DNA of 64,000 nt, taken from NCBI GenBank assembly GCA_050011875.1, contig JBEKIG010000002.1, positions 96,001 to 160,000 of the forward strand, read 5' to 3'. Every line of letters begins with the position of its first letter. Position 1 is the first letter of the stretch. Below, one piece after another: positions 1-10,591 of the stretch. Position numbers and translations under genes: made by a program. A model generated the notes under the pieces. That model had not been told where the DNA came from. It made no database searches and worked only from the letters and a program-made list of their open reading frames with translations. Source of the stretch: Nitrososphaeria archaeon (lineage in GTDB: Archaea > Thermoproteota > Nitrososphaeria > JACIWG01).

Positions 1-254
1 AACTTAAACAGGCTCTTTTTGGAGATGATATTGTTTCTAGATCAAATATCATCGTACACGAAGCTGCTTCCTTTGGAAAAAGTGCCGGATTTTATATAAG
101 GGTGTTAGGTGACGAAAAACAATGCAAGAAAGCCTTAGAACTTTCAAAGGATATGGGAATTGAAGTTACGGGTGAAGAAAAAGAGAAGGTGCTCAAACAG
201 TTGAATGAGGAAAGTGAAAAATCATTAGAAGGCTTTGGAGGCATATTCGGCTAA
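1..254 (+). CDS. Partial (5'-truncated) small archaeal hypothetical protein ending ...EESEKSLEGFGGIFG
   Basis: Manual translation from nt 3 is open to TAA at 252-254: LKQALFGDDIVSRSNII...KQLNEESEKSLEGFGGIFG*. Confidence 0.7.
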   Translation, partial: LKQALFGDDIVSRSNIIVHEAASFGKSAGFYIRVLGDEKQCKKALELSKDMGIEVTGEEKEKVLKQLNEESEKSLEGFGGIFG

Positions 255-599
255 GTGTCTTTTTAAATAGATAACCAAATCTTATAACACATTATATTCT
301 TAATAAAACAGTTAACTGTTTTTATTTTGATTATTAAGATTTAATGCTCTAAACACATGAAACGATTTTTAAAGCCTTCTAAAATGCTCTATAGGATATT
401 TACCTATCACGGTTAAAACAGAATCAAAAAAAGAAAACCAAAACCAAGTATCCCATTTTATAAAAATCGCCAATGACATAAAGTTTTCCAGATATCCCAA
501 TCAAAGAGTTATTGTCTTTTGAATTGTACGCTTTATTTCCATCAAAAAGAAGGAGAAAATGTTCAATTTCCAATTTCGAGACTTTTCCATCCCCAAATT

Positions 600-815
600 C
601 TACACTGTTGGATCCGACCAAAAGCCTTTAACGATCGGGTCTTTTTTTTCTTTTGTTGATTCTTCACGTTTCTTTCCCACTTCCTTATAGGCATCAGCGC
701 AGGCCAGGGAGCAGAACTTCATTGTTTTACCACCGATCTTCTTCACTACAATATTGTCTTGAACTGAAATTTTCTCCTTACAGTTTGGACATTCTTCTTC
801 TACCATATTAATCAT
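600..815 (-). CDS. TRASH/YHS-like metal-binding protein
   Basis: CPNC...KIGGKTMKFCSLAC cysteine pattern. Confidence 0.7.
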   Translation of the reverse strand: MINMVEEECPNCKEKISVQDNIVVKKIGGKTMKFCSLACADAYKEVGKKREESTKEKKDPIVKGFWSDPTV

Positions 816-876
816 AACTAATATGAGCTTGTCATAATTAAATATTTCCCGAACATTTTTGGGTATATTAATCTGA

Positions 877-1053
877 AAGCTTGAGGGAAAGATAGACGAG
901 GAAGCTCAAGCCTTCCTAAAGGAAAAGGAAAGGTTTTAAGCTGAGAAGAAAAGCTGGGAGAATAGGTTTAATGAAATGGAGAAGATGTCAAAAGAACAAA
1001 CAAAGTTAGTGAATGAACTTATCAAACAGAGAAGTCTAAAGTCAACTAACTAA
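877..1053 (+). pseudogene. Coiled-coil gene tail fragment with internal TAA (possibly an integrase C-terminus)
   Basis: Manual translation KLEGKIDEEAQAFLKEKERF*AEKKSWENRFNEMEKMSKEQTKLVNELIKQRSLKSTN*; no start codon. Confidence 0.35.
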
Positions 1054-1105
1054 TCCATAGTCTTATCGACGTCTGCTTCTTCTTTTCATCCTCTTTGCTT
1101 TCCTT

Positions 1106-1414
1106 TTAACGACTTTCCCTTTTTGTTTTACTTTTCTCTTCTTTTTTTCTAATCTTAATTGTTCTATATCCTATAACATCACCAAGAAGACTTCTAATAG
1201 CAACTCTCTTAGTCTTAGTCTTACTTTTCGGCTTTCTTACAACTCTTTGCCTAATTACTTTTGTCTCATACTCTGGTCCCATTAAATATTCATGTTTAAT
1301 AGTTACTCGTCTGTGTCCATATCTTCTATGACATAATGGACAAAGGAAAACGACTGATTGAGCTCTTGGTGTAACAGTTGGGTCTCTAGTGTGATGGAAA
1401 TCACCTTCCTCCAT
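1106..1414 (-). CDS. HNH-like zinc-binding, Lys/Arg-rich protein (probably N-truncated)
   Basis: DFHH...VFLCPLCHRRYGH resembles the HNH HH...CxxCH core; basic tail. Confidence 0.45.
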   Translation of the reverse strand: MEEGDFHHTRDPTVTPRAQSVVFLCPLCHRRYGHRRVTIKHEYLMGPEYETKVIRQRVVRKPKSKTKTKRVAIRSLLGDVIGYRTIKIRKKEEKSKTKRESR

Positions 1415-1428
1415 TTTTAAATTAATAT

Positions 1429-1671
1429 GACATTTTTTACGATCTTGGTTCTGGGTTCGGTGACATAATTAGAGAAGCGTCTAAGACTTGCGATAACATA
1501 ACGGGGATTGAAATCGAGCCTATCAAATACTTCGTAAGCAAATTTCTAATAGGAAATAAGGCTAAAGTTATACTTGGAGACTTCTTTAAAGCCAATCTAA
1601 GCAACGCAACGGTAGTTTTTGTATTTCAATATAGGGAAAGAATCAATAGAAGAATAGGGGAGAAGTTATAA
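1429..1671 (+). pseudogene. Class I SAM-dependent methyltransferase fragment
   Basis: Manual translation DIFYDLGSGFGDIIREASK...ITGIEIEP...VILGDFFKANLSNATVVFVF; motif I present; no start, ends early. Confidence 0.65.
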
Positions 1672-1808
1672 AAAAGTTCCTAGAAATATATTGAACATGA
1701 ACAATTTGAGCAGCTTATCGCTCCATCCGGAAAATTTGTCAAATTAAATAAAAGGAAATGATTATGTATAGTAACGCACAAGTTTAATATATTTGTGATT
1801 CTCGCAGA

Positions 1809-3293
1809 ATGCTGAGTGTTCAGAGGACATTGATAATAAAAAATTCTTTGGAACTTCTACAACATGGCAACGTTTCAGGGCGAAAAACTGTTTTAGAAAT
1901 TATCGAATCAGGACTTCAGGCCTCCGACCCATACTTTAACACGAAGAAATTGATCAAACTGAGAAATAAAAAATTGATTATTGGTCGACCAGGGTTGTCT
2001 TTTTTTACATCGGATGGCAGAAATATTAGGTCACTGCTTGTTTTTGACTTATCCAAAATAAATAACATTTATGTCGTTGGCGGAGGAAAAGCCGCTCAAC
2101 GACAGGCTAAAGCGATAGAAGATGTCCTTGGAAATCTGATCACTGAAGGACACATTAATGCTAAAAAGGGAGAGGAGGTTCAACTCAAGAAAATTGAGGT
2201 TACTCTTGCAGGACATCCCTTACCAGACGAAGACGGTGTCAGAGGCTCAAAAAGGATCATGGAGATAGAGTTAAAGGCAAAGAAAGGTGACATCGTCTTC
2301 TTTTCAGAATCTGGAGGAGGCTCAGCATTGATGGCTTTACCCGGACCTGGACTTAAACTGGAAGACATCCAAGCTGTCACAAAAAAACTTTACTTTGAGA
2401 AGGGTGCGTCGATGTGGGATACAAATACGGTCAGATGGAATCTGATGATTCTTAGAGGAAAGGATGAAAGGTATGTTGGAGATGCTACAATGATCTGTTT
2501 TCACACAGACGAGAGACCTTTAGGTGTTGAAGTTAACGTAAACAGACGTGTGGGAGGAGTTGGAACATATAGGGATGCTAAGAATACATTAAAAAAATAT
2601 GGCATCTGGAATGATGTCCCTGAATCGGTCCGAAAATATTTAGATAGAGCAGATCCCCGTTATTCACCAATAAAAAAAAGGGAATTAGATGGTAAACCTC
2701 ATTACCATTTTAGGGTCATGGGGCCTGAATATATGTTGGAAGCAGCCAAGAAAAGAGCTGAAGAGATAGGTGTTAACGCGTCGATAATTTCCTCAAGCTT
2801 AAGCGATATTGAAGCTAATGCGGTCGGGAACATGCTGGCCTATATCGCCAAAGAAATAGAAATCTTTGGCAGGCCATTTAAAGCTCCTTGTGTTCTAATC
2901 TCTGGCGGGGAACTTCTTGTTAAGGTTGGGGAAAAGAAAGGACTGGGTGGAAGAAATCAGGAATTCGTCCTCTCTACAGCTTCCAGGTTGGCTGGAAGTA
3001 GCAATATTGTTATTGCCTCATGCGATTCTGATGGAACAGACGGACCTACAGACGCAGCTGGCGGCATTGTAGACGGTTTTACAGTAGAAAGGGCTGAAAA
3101 AGAAGAAATTAATATAATGGAAGATCTCGATAATCATAACAGCTTTAATGCTTTATCCAAATTGGGAGATCTTATCTTCACTGGCGCAAGGGGAACAAAT
3201 GTTCAAGACCTTCGCATCGTATATGTTGGAGGTATGAAACAAAATCAACGTGAACAGGTTCCGGGTTACATAACATCATTATTTATAAAATGA
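1809..3293 (+). CDS. Glycerate 2-kinase-like protein (DUF4147 + MOFRL), paralog 1
   Basis: GGGKAA, AGHPLPD, SGGGSAL, GGRNQE, DSDGTDGPTDAAG, GTNVQD motifs. Confidence 0.88.
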   Translation: MLSVQRTLIIKNSLELLQHGNVSGRKTVLEIIESGLQASDPYFNTKKLIKLRNKKLIIGRPGLSFFTSDGRNIRSLLVFDLSKINNIYVVGGGKAAQRQAKAIEDVLGNLITEGHINAKKGEEVQLKKIEVTLAGHPLPDEDGVRGSKRIMEIELKAKKGDIVFFSESGGGSALMALPGPGLKLEDIQAVTKKLYFEKGASMWDTNTVRWNLMILRGKDERYVGDATMICFHTDERPLGVEVNVNRRVGGVGTYRDAKNTLKKYGIWNDVPESVRKYLDRADPRYSPIKKRELDGKPHYHFRVMGPEYMLEAAKKRAEEIGVNASIISSSLSDIEANAVGNMLAYIAKEIEIFGRPFKAPCVLISGGELLVKVGEKKGLGGRNQEFVLSTASRLAGSSNIVIASCDSDGTDGPTDAAGGIVDGFTVERAEKEEINIMEDLDNHNSFNALSKLGDLIFTGARGTNVQDLRIVYVGGMKQNQREQVPGYITSLFIK

Positions 3294-3504
3294 TATACTT
3301 AGTTGTCTTTTTAGATATATTGAGTTTAACAAACACAATCTTTACCGTAAACCAATCTATATTTATTAAAATAAGTTTAAGTGTAGGCTAAATAGTGTTT
3401 ACAGATAAAACCTAGTTATTAAAAATTGAACACCAAAATTATTACCTGCTGGCTAAGCACTTTTTTAGGTTAAATACATTAAGTAGAAATTATAACCCTA
3501 AAAT

Positions 3505-4620
3505 ATGAAGGTTAGAGAAGTTTTTAACAGGTTTGCGCCTTATGAATGGGAAATTTCACCTCGTGAAATTGCGGGTATAGCAAACATCCCGGTTGAAAGG
3601 GTTTTACGGCTTGATACAAACACTTCTCCTTTCCCCCCAAAAAAATGGCTCAAAAAATTAGCTAAAAATTTGGTTAACGTACCTGTGAATCAATATCCTG
3701 ATACAAAATATTCAGAAATAACTCAAGCAATTACGAAATACGTCAAAGTGGATTTGGATAATATCGTGATGACTAAAGGTGCGGACGAAGCGATAGATAT
3801 AATAGTTAAGACATTTCTAGAGTGCGAAGACAAAATAATTCTTTCAGCCCCCTCATATCCTATGTTTAGGGTCGCATCGGAGATAGCAGGCGCAAAAGTT
3901 CTTGAAGTGGACAGAAAAAGTGAACCACCCTTCAGGGACGATGTAAATGAGATAATTCATGTCGGAAAAAAAGAGAAAGTTTCTGCTGTTTTCCTTAGTA
4001 ATCCCAACAATCCTACGGGAACTCTGATGGAAGTAGATGATATAAGAAGATTAGCAGAAGAAATAAAGTGCGCTATCATAATTGACGAAGCATACTTCGA
4101 ATATTGTGGTAAGTCTGCCGTGAAATTAATAAAAGAGTATGAAAACGTTGTGATTATTAGGACCCTCTCTAAAGCCTTTTCTCTCGCTGGTGAAAGAATA
4201 GGTTACATTCTGGCAGATCAGAAGACAGTTGACAAATTTAACTACGTAAGGCCCCCAAATTCACTAAGTGTTACCTCGATAGAATTGGCGCTGATAGCTT
4301 TATCCGATATCAAACAGATGCAAAAGTGGGTTAACGAAGTGATAAGTGAAAGGGAAAGATGCTTTAATATTTTAAAGTCAATTAGTAATGTTAACCCATA
4401 CCCTAGTACTGCCAACTTTATACTCTTTAAACTCTCCGACGTTAGTGCGGACTTTGTACACAAAGAGTTGTTGAAGAAGGGAATAAGCGTTCGAAACTTA
4501 AGCGGTACGAGAAACCTTAAAAATTGTCTGAGAGTGACAATCGGCTCAAGAAATGATAACGATAGATTCCTTGAGGAGTTGACGACAATCATTAAAACCA
4601 ATCGTAAGAATAATATATGA
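3505..4620 (+). CDS. hisC: Histidinol-phosphate aminotransferase
   Basis: GADEAID, NPNNPTG, IIDEAY, RTLSKAFSLAGERIGY (PLP lysine), ANFIL, LRVTIG. Confidence 0.9.
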   Translation: MKVREVFNRFAPYEWEISPREIAGIANIPVERVLRLDTNTSPFPPKKWLKKLAKNLVNVPVNQYPDTKYSEITQAITKYVKVDLDNIVMTKGADEAIDIIVKTFLECEDKIILSAPSYPMFRVASEIAGAKVLEVDRKSEPPFRDDVNEIIHVGKKEKVSAVFLSNPNNPTGTLMEVDDIRRLAEEIKCAIIIDEAYFEYCGKSAVKLIKEYENVVIIRTLSKAFSLAGERIGYILADQKTVDKFNYVRPPNSLSVTSIELALIALSDIKQMQKWVNEVISERERCFNILKSISNVNPYPSTANFILFKLSDVSADFVHKELLKKGISVRNLSGTRNLKNCLRVTIGSRNDNDRFLEELTTIIKTNRKNNI

Positions 4621-4648
4621 GAGTTGTTGGACACCAACGACATATTTA

Positions 4649-6127
4649 ATGCCTTCGATAATTAACAACTTCGATAAACTTGCATCACACGGTAATACTA
4701 GGGGAAGGAAGATTATTTTAGACATTCTCGAGGCAGGGCTTCAAGCCTCAGACCCCTACGACAACGTGCGAAAGCTGATTAATCTTAAAGGAAAAAAATT
4801 AATGATCGGTTGCGAGGAGATCGTAGGCTCAACATCCGATGATAAGCCGATAAAGAAGCCTTTGGTATTTGACTTGTCAAAAATAGGAAAAATCTATGTG
4901 ATAGGAGGCGGTAAAGCTGCCCAAAGGCAAGCTAAAGCCTTAGAAGATATTCTCGGTGACCTGATAACGGAAGGATATATAAATGCAAAGAAGGGTGAGC
5001 CAAAACAGCTGAGAAGGATCAAAGTGACTTTTGGCGGCCACCCTCTCCCTGACGAAGACTGTGTGAGGGGCTCTAAGAGAATTTTAACGATATTGAAAAA
5101 AGCGAAGAAAGGTGACTTGGTGTTTTTTTCTGAGTCGGGAGGGTCATCGGCGCTGATGACGCTACCAGGACCTGGACTAACGTTAGAGGATGTGAAAGAT
5201 GTCACAAGAATGCTCTATTTCGAAATGGGCGCTTCTATGTGGGAAACTAATACTGTTCGATGGAATCTAGTAATTCTTAGAGGTCGTGAAAAGAGATACG
5301 TTGGTGAAGCAACCCTTATAGTGCTGGGAGTTTTTGAGAGACCACCTGGCATCAAAGTCAATGTGAGGCCAACTCAGGGACATGGATCGTATGTGGAAGC
5401 AAAAAATATCTTAAAGAAGTACGGTCTCTGGGAAAGAGTTTCGCAATCTGTCAGAGATTACCTAGATAAAGCAAACCCGAAGTATGCTACTTTAAGTCTT
5501 GAAGAACTTCGAAAGAAAAGACATTACCACTTCAGGGTGATAAGTCCCGAATATATGCTACAAGCAGCAGAAAAGAAAGCAAAAGAGCTGGGTATAAATG
5601 CAACAATAGTAGCTTCGAGCCTAAGCGATATAGGAGCAAAGGAAGTAGGGGAGACTTTCGCATATATGGCTCAGGAGGTCGAAAACTACGGGAGGCCATT
5701 GAAGCCACCTTGTGTTCTGATATGCGGAGGAGAGCTCATTGTAAAGGTAGGTGATAAAAAGGGTTTAGGTGGGCGAAATCAGGAATTTGTTTTATCAGCA
5801 GCAACTAGAATTGCGGAAAGTAAAAACATAGTGGTTGCTTCAATAGATTCTGATGGAACAGACGGGCCTACAGACGCAGCTGGAGCGATTGCTGATGGTT
5901 ACACCCTTGGAAAAGCTAGCAAAATGGGTTTAGATATCTTTAATGAACTTGACAATCATAACTCATATTACGTTCTAAAAAAACTTGAGGACCTATTGTT
6001 TACAGGCGCAAGAGGCACTAACGTTCAGGATTTACGCGCGGTCTATATAGGTTCAAGGACCAAAATCACATATAGTGCATTGCCCGAATACCTTCAAACT
6101 TTGATCTCAACCAAAAACCCAGTTTGA
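4649..6127 (+). CDS. Glycerate 2-kinase-like protein (DUF4147 + MOFRL), paralog 2
   Basis: Same motif set as 1809..3293; clearly paralogous. Confidence 0.88.
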   Translation: MPSIINNFDKLASHGNTRGRKIILDILEAGLQASDPYDNVRKLINLKGKKLMIGCEEIVGSTSDDKPIKKPLVFDLSKIGKIYVIGGGKAAQRQAKALEDILGDLITEGYINAKKGEPKQLRRIKVTFGGHPLPDEDCVRGSKRILTILKKAKKGDLVFFSESGGSSALMTLPGPGLTLEDVKDVTRMLYFEMGASMWETNTVRWNLVILRGREKRYVGEATLIVLGVFERPPGIKVNVRPTQGHGSYVEAKNILKKYGLWERVSQSVRDYLDKANPKYATLSLEELRKKRHYHFRVISPEYMLQAAEKKAKELGINATIVASSLSDIGAKEVGETFAYMAQEVENYGRPLKPPCVLICGGELIVKVGDKKGLGGRNQEFVLSAATRIAESKNIVVASIDSDGTDGPTDAAGAIADGYTLGKASKMGLDIFNELDNHNSYYVLKKLEDLLFTGARGTNVQDLRAVYIGSRTKITYSALPEYLQTLISTKNPV

Positions 6128-6156
6128 GCTTAATAATTGCTTGGAAGCAACGGCGA

Positions 6157-6410
6157 CTACTTCCTAAATTTTATGGCTTCAGGGTTGAGGGCGAACTTTG
6201 GAATTGCACCCCATAGCGCCTACCCTATCTGCAGCTCCAACATCGAGTCACATTTCATGAAAGTCTCTATGCTCGACCCTGCAGTATGAGGTGTTATAAT
6301 TAAGTTGTCCAATTTGAACAAAGGATTGTCAGGCTCAGGCGGCTCCTTTTCAAGGACATCAAGACAGGCTCAGAATATTCACTTTTCCCCTAAAGCCTTG
6401 TACAAAGGGT
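6157..6410 (-). pseudogene. C-terminal remnant of a D-2-hydroxyacid dehydrogenase
   Basis: Reverse translation [43 protein letters not shown]...; several in-frame stops. Confidence 0.75.
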
Positions 6411-6499
6411 TGTCATATGGTGTAAAGAGTCGATTTAACGCTATAGTTCAGAATTTCCCTTAAAGCCATAACTATCTTAAAATCAAAGTGTTTCTTAAA

Positions 6500-7483
6500 T
6501 TATTTTTTAGTAAAAGGTGAATTTACAGGGAATAATGGTTTCTCTCCGTGAAGAACCCTTAATATCTCTTCTGCCGCTGTCACCGCCATCCTTTTTCTGC
6601 ACTCGATCGTATTTGAAGCTAGGTGAGGTGTGAGTAAAACGTTCTTTAATTCTATAATTGGGTCGTCGAGTGGAAGAGGCTCTTTGTAAAAGACATCGAT
6701 TCCTGCTCCAGCTATCCATTTTTCCTTCAAAGCCTTCACAAGCGCGCTGTGATCTATTATAGGCCCCCGAGCGACGTTTATTATGAAAGCGGTGTCCTTC
6801 ATCTTTTTTAATTCTTCTTCACCGATCAACCCCTTCGTCTGTTCCGTCAACGCACAGGAAATGGTAACGAAATCGGAATCGCGTAAAAGTGTTTCCAAGG
6901 GTTCAAATTCTACGCCAAATTTTTTTTCAATCTCATCCTTTCGAACAATATCGTAATATAGGAGTTTCATCTTGAAACCTTTAGCTCTTTCAGCGATGCA
7001 GACGCCTATTCTACCTAAGCCTATGATACCAAGAGTTTTCCCGCAGACATCGGTTCCCGTAAACAGCATCGGATCTCTAACAGTCCAACGCTTCGATTTG
7101 ACGAAGTAATTTGCTTCACAGATCCTTCTTGCCGACGTTAGGAGAAGACTAAAGGCCTGATCCGCAACAGTCTCGTTAAGGACAGGCGCCGTAGTCACCC
7201 AGATCCCCCTTTCATCAGCTGCTTCTAAATCCACGTTATCGAATCCTACACCATGTCTTGCGATAACCTTCAGCTTAGGTCCTGATTCAATAACCTTCCT
7301 AGTAGCTCTCTCAACATTTAAGGTTACAAGTAGGGCGTCGGCATCCTTAACAGCTTCTACCAACTCCTCCTCACTCGGCGGCTTCGGAAAGATTTTTAGC
7401 TCAGCTTCCCTTTCTAGCAGCCTCACTCCTTCTTCTCTCATCGGAGCGGTTACAACTATCCTAAACTTTACCAAAACTTTCAC
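6500..7483 (-). CDS. Glyoxylate/hydroxypyruvate reductase-like D-2-hydroxyacid dehydrogenase
   Basis: GVGFDNVD, GIIGLGRIG, INVARG, GIDVFYKEP, TPHLAS motifs. Confidence 0.88.
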   Translation of the reverse strand: MKVLVKFRIVVTAPMREEGVRLLEREAELKIFPKPPSEEELVEAVKDADALLVTLNVERATRKVIESGPKLKVIARHGVGFDNVDLEAADERGIWVTTAPVLNETVADQAFSLLLTSARRICEANYFVKSKRWTVRDPMLFTGTDVCGKTLGIIGLGRIGVCIAERAKGFKMKLLYYDIVRKDEIEKKFGVEFEPLETLLRDSDFVTISCALTEQTKGLIGEEELKKMKDTAFIINVARGPIIDHSALVKALKEKWIAGAGIDVFYKEPLPLDDPIIELKNVLLTPHLASNTIECRKRMAVTAAEEILRVLHGEKPLFPVNSPFTKK

Positions 7484-7657
7484 CCCTTCCTATGCAAGAC
7501 CTTTAAGCCAAAATGAAAAAATGATTTTGCAGCTTCCCCATTAGTAGTTGAAAACATAGGTTGTGAATAATGTATACAATATTTAAGCTTTGAGTTTCTT
7601 TTTTCCTAAGGAAAATACTTTTTATATGGAAAGGGTTTAGTTGGAGACGATAACGTA

Positions 7658-9136
7658 ATGGAATATAATTTGTTAACAAGGTTGCATAGGTTTCCTCCTC
7701 GATACGGTCCTGAATGGGGATCCGGGGGAGTATTCGGTCTGAGGTACTATAAGGGTACTTTATACTTCAACCTGTCATTTGAAGGTGAGGCCCATTTTGT
7801 TGACGCAGAAAGAGACAAAGTATATAGTTACAACCTGATTGGACCAAGCCCTGTCTCAGGAGGTGACACGTACAACGCCGTTGACACGGTTGACGATCAG
7901 ATATACTTCGGCGGATGGATACATGCGCCTGCAGTTTACGACCGATCTGGTGAAAAGAGAGCGATATCATTTGTCAACAAATACAGCCACGTCCACGAAT
8001 ATGATACAAAAGAAAAAAAGGTCCGCCTAGTTTGGAAAGATAGCATACATGACTCTACTGAATGGGCAGGAGAGGTCTCTGAGATAGTGTACAACCCTGT
8101 CGACGATAAGCTATTGCTAGCAAGAGCTGACGGACACAAGAACCTCGGCATATTTTCTCTCGATAGAAAAAGTGGGGAGACCCAGTTGATTAGCCAGGAC
8201 CCAGGTGTCAAGGGCACACTCTTCCTTGACACGGCATGTTTTGACACATCATGCATCGGCAATTTTACTGGATTACAGTGTCTAGAGCTTTCCAGCAACA
8301 AATGGGTAAAACAGAAGATAGAAGATTTATCGGAGATTTCAGTCGACGATGGCTCATGTTTTAGACCATTCGTCGGATCCATGACTTCAGCGTACGCGAG
8401 GCTATTCGTTTTCATTAAGGGAGGAGTGATTGTGGGCAACCCCTTAGATTATAACAGAGAAACAATGAAGTTCATCAGGCTATTCGACTTCGGATACTCG
8501 GGATACTCGCCAAGCAGAACGGTCGCACTACCTTTTGGAGGAGGCGTTTTAACGGCTTTCAATTCCTTTACACACGGTTTCGTTAATCCGATGAACCCTG
8601 AAGAAGTAAAAGAAGCAGAAGTCGTCAACACAATTATCGGCCCTTCGGTGCTGGTTTATCTATCGCCTCCAATGGCTCGAATAGTAGGCTCCTTAGGAGC
8701 TAGGGTAACCTCGATAGAAAGTTTTGGCGACAAGATTCTACTAGGAACCTCAACAACGGCGAATCTATCAAGGTTTTATGCGACACCTATAGACGCGGGA
8801 TACAGGGACGTTCTGACTTTAGACAGTAGCTTGCTCCTTTCGAATCAGCCTCCTGTAAGCTACAGTATACCCGGCAGCAGGATCGCTAACCTAAATTGGG
8901 GGGGGATACCTCTTTTCGGCTACAAGAACTCGAAAATGGTTTTCAAAGCCTCAAAAGACAACAGGCTGACTGTGTACGAATATGACATAGGTCTACCTGT
9001 GCAAAAAGCTGAAAGAGATGTCCGCCAAATTAAAGCTGGTAAGAATGTAATTAACCTTTCAGACTACGATAGAATATTGTCGTTCAAACTCGAAGAAGAG
9101 GACTTAGAGGCTATGATTTATTTGCATCTTAAATAA
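7658..9136 (+). CDS. DUF2139 family archaeal protein
   Basis: Characteristic N-terminus FPPRYGPEWGSGGVFGLRY and GGDTYNAV. Confidence 0.75.
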   Translation: MEYNLLTRLHRFPPRYGPEWGSGGVFGLRYYKGTLYFNLSFEGEAHFVDAERDKVYSYNLIGPSPVSGGDTYNAVDTVDDQIYFGGWIHAPAVYDRSGEKRAISFVNKYSHVHEYDTKEKKVRLVWKDSIHDSTEWAGEVSEIVYNPVDDKLLLARADGHKNLGIFSLDRKSGETQLISQDPGVKGTLFLDTACFDTSCIGNFTGLQCLELSSNKWVKQKIEDLSEISVDDGSCFRPFVGSMTSAYARLFVFIKGGVIVGNPLDYNRETMKFIRLFDFGYSGYSPSRTVALPFGGGVLTAFNSFTHGFVNPMNPEEVKEAEVVNTIIGPSVLVYLSPPMARIVGSLGARVTSIESFGDKILLGTSTTANLSRFYATPIDAGYRDVLTLDSSLLLSNQPPVSYSIPGSRIANLNWGGIPLFGYKNSKMVFKASKDNRLTVYEYDIGLPVQKAERDVRQIKAGKNVINLSDYDRILSFKLEEEDLEAMIYLHLK

Positions 9137-9255
9137 ATTTGAAAAATAAGCATTTAATGGCGCTTAAGTAAAGCCTTTATCAGTTGCAGTGTGCCCTAGG
9201 CCTTTAGAAAAAAAGCATGCTTCTCGATTTTTTAATCTTCTTGAGGTTCAAAGTA

Positions 9256-10005
9256 TCATAATTTATCATAATCAAAGTATAATGTATCATACGCCTTTAT
9301 TACGTGATCGATGGCATCTTCTCTTTTTCCTTGTAGGATCAAATTTTTTGCAGAATTATATTCTTCCAACGCAATTTCGAAGCCGGGTTTACCTTTTGAA
9401 ATCTGGATCAGTTGACTGACTAGCAGAAGCATTTCATCTAAGTATGTATTGTTGAGAAAATTAAGTTTTTCATAGTACTTGATTCTGTCCCTGTCGCCCT
9501 TAAATGGCTCTTTTTCAGAAGGCAGCTCTGCCAGCCTTTGTCCTGACGTAAAAATGGATTCAATAACTTGTTCGAAGTTAAACCTAGACACCGGCGTCGG
9601 TTCAATAGCTCTGAAGCCTTTGTGATAGAAGAAACGATATATGTTCTGCACAGCCGAGCATAGGCCTTTACCAGTTCCAAATGCAACCGATATTCCAATC
9701 CCATATTTTCCTTTTGAATTGGATATTCTAACAGTATCCATGAAATTTTTCGTCAAGCCATTGATTAAACCCCAATAGACGGGTGCACCGATGACAATAG
9801 CATCTGCTCCTTCACATAAGGAATTCAACTCTTCAGGGCAGACAGCCTCTTCTGTGTAGATTGGAACATTGTAATCTATTAAGTATACCTTCTTAGCTTC
9901 TGTACCTTTTGATTTAACGCCGTCTAAACATCTACTGACTAGCTGATCGGTTAGTTTCCCCTTTCTTGGACTTCCAATGATGCCTATAACCTTCTTTAAC
10001 GTCAT
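9256..10005 (-). CDS. Flavodoxin-like NAD(P)H-dependent FMN reductase family protein with C-terminal extension
   Basis: GSPRKG-T, ADAIVIGAPVYWG, KNFMD motifs. Confidence 0.8.
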   Translation of the reverse strand: MTLKKVIGIIGSPRKGKLTDQLVSRCLDGVKSKGTEAKKVYLIDYNVPIYTEEAVCPEELNSLCEGADAIVIGAPVYWGLINGLTKNFMDTVRISNSKGKYGIGISVAFGTGKGLCSAVQNIYRFFYHKGFRAIEPTPVSRFNFEQVIESIFTSGQRLAELPSEKEPFKGDRDRIKYYEKLNFLNNTYLDEMLLLVSQLIQISKGKPGFEIALEEYNSAKNLILQGKREDAIDHVIKAYDTLYFDYDKL

Positions 10006-10591
10006 ATTTCTCTTATTAAGTCACGAAACTTGCACTATATAGATTTTTTCAAAAAAATAATATAGTATTATTTATAAGTAGATACTTATATAATCACACT
10101 TTTTCTCCTTCCTTGATAGTTGGAATGCCTCTATTATGTTTAGGTTAAGACATTTTGGGATTCCACAATCTTGGCTTTGCTCAGTGCTATGAAGTCACAT
10201 TTTTAGAAGATAATACGCTTACTAAAGCTGGTGTAGAATCTTAAATTGTTATCTTATTTGTGAAAAATTATATGTTAGTTGCAGTGAAATGAAATGTATG
10301 GATGTTTTCAGTTCCAGGATATAAGATAGATCTAGTGATCCGACAAGACAGAGCTAGCAGAAGATTTGAGAAATTTGGGGTGTTATTTCTATTTTACGTT
10401 CAAGAAGTAGGACAAGGATCATCCATTACAAACCAATACTTCTATACCGACAAGGTCATAATACATGTTTTGAAAAAGGGCACCCCTTACTCGGAAAACA
10501 TAAATTCAGAATAGGCTTAATTATAAATTATTATTTCTACGTGCAACTCAAGGTGAATGACCAGATATGAAATCTTTTTTACCCTTATCCG

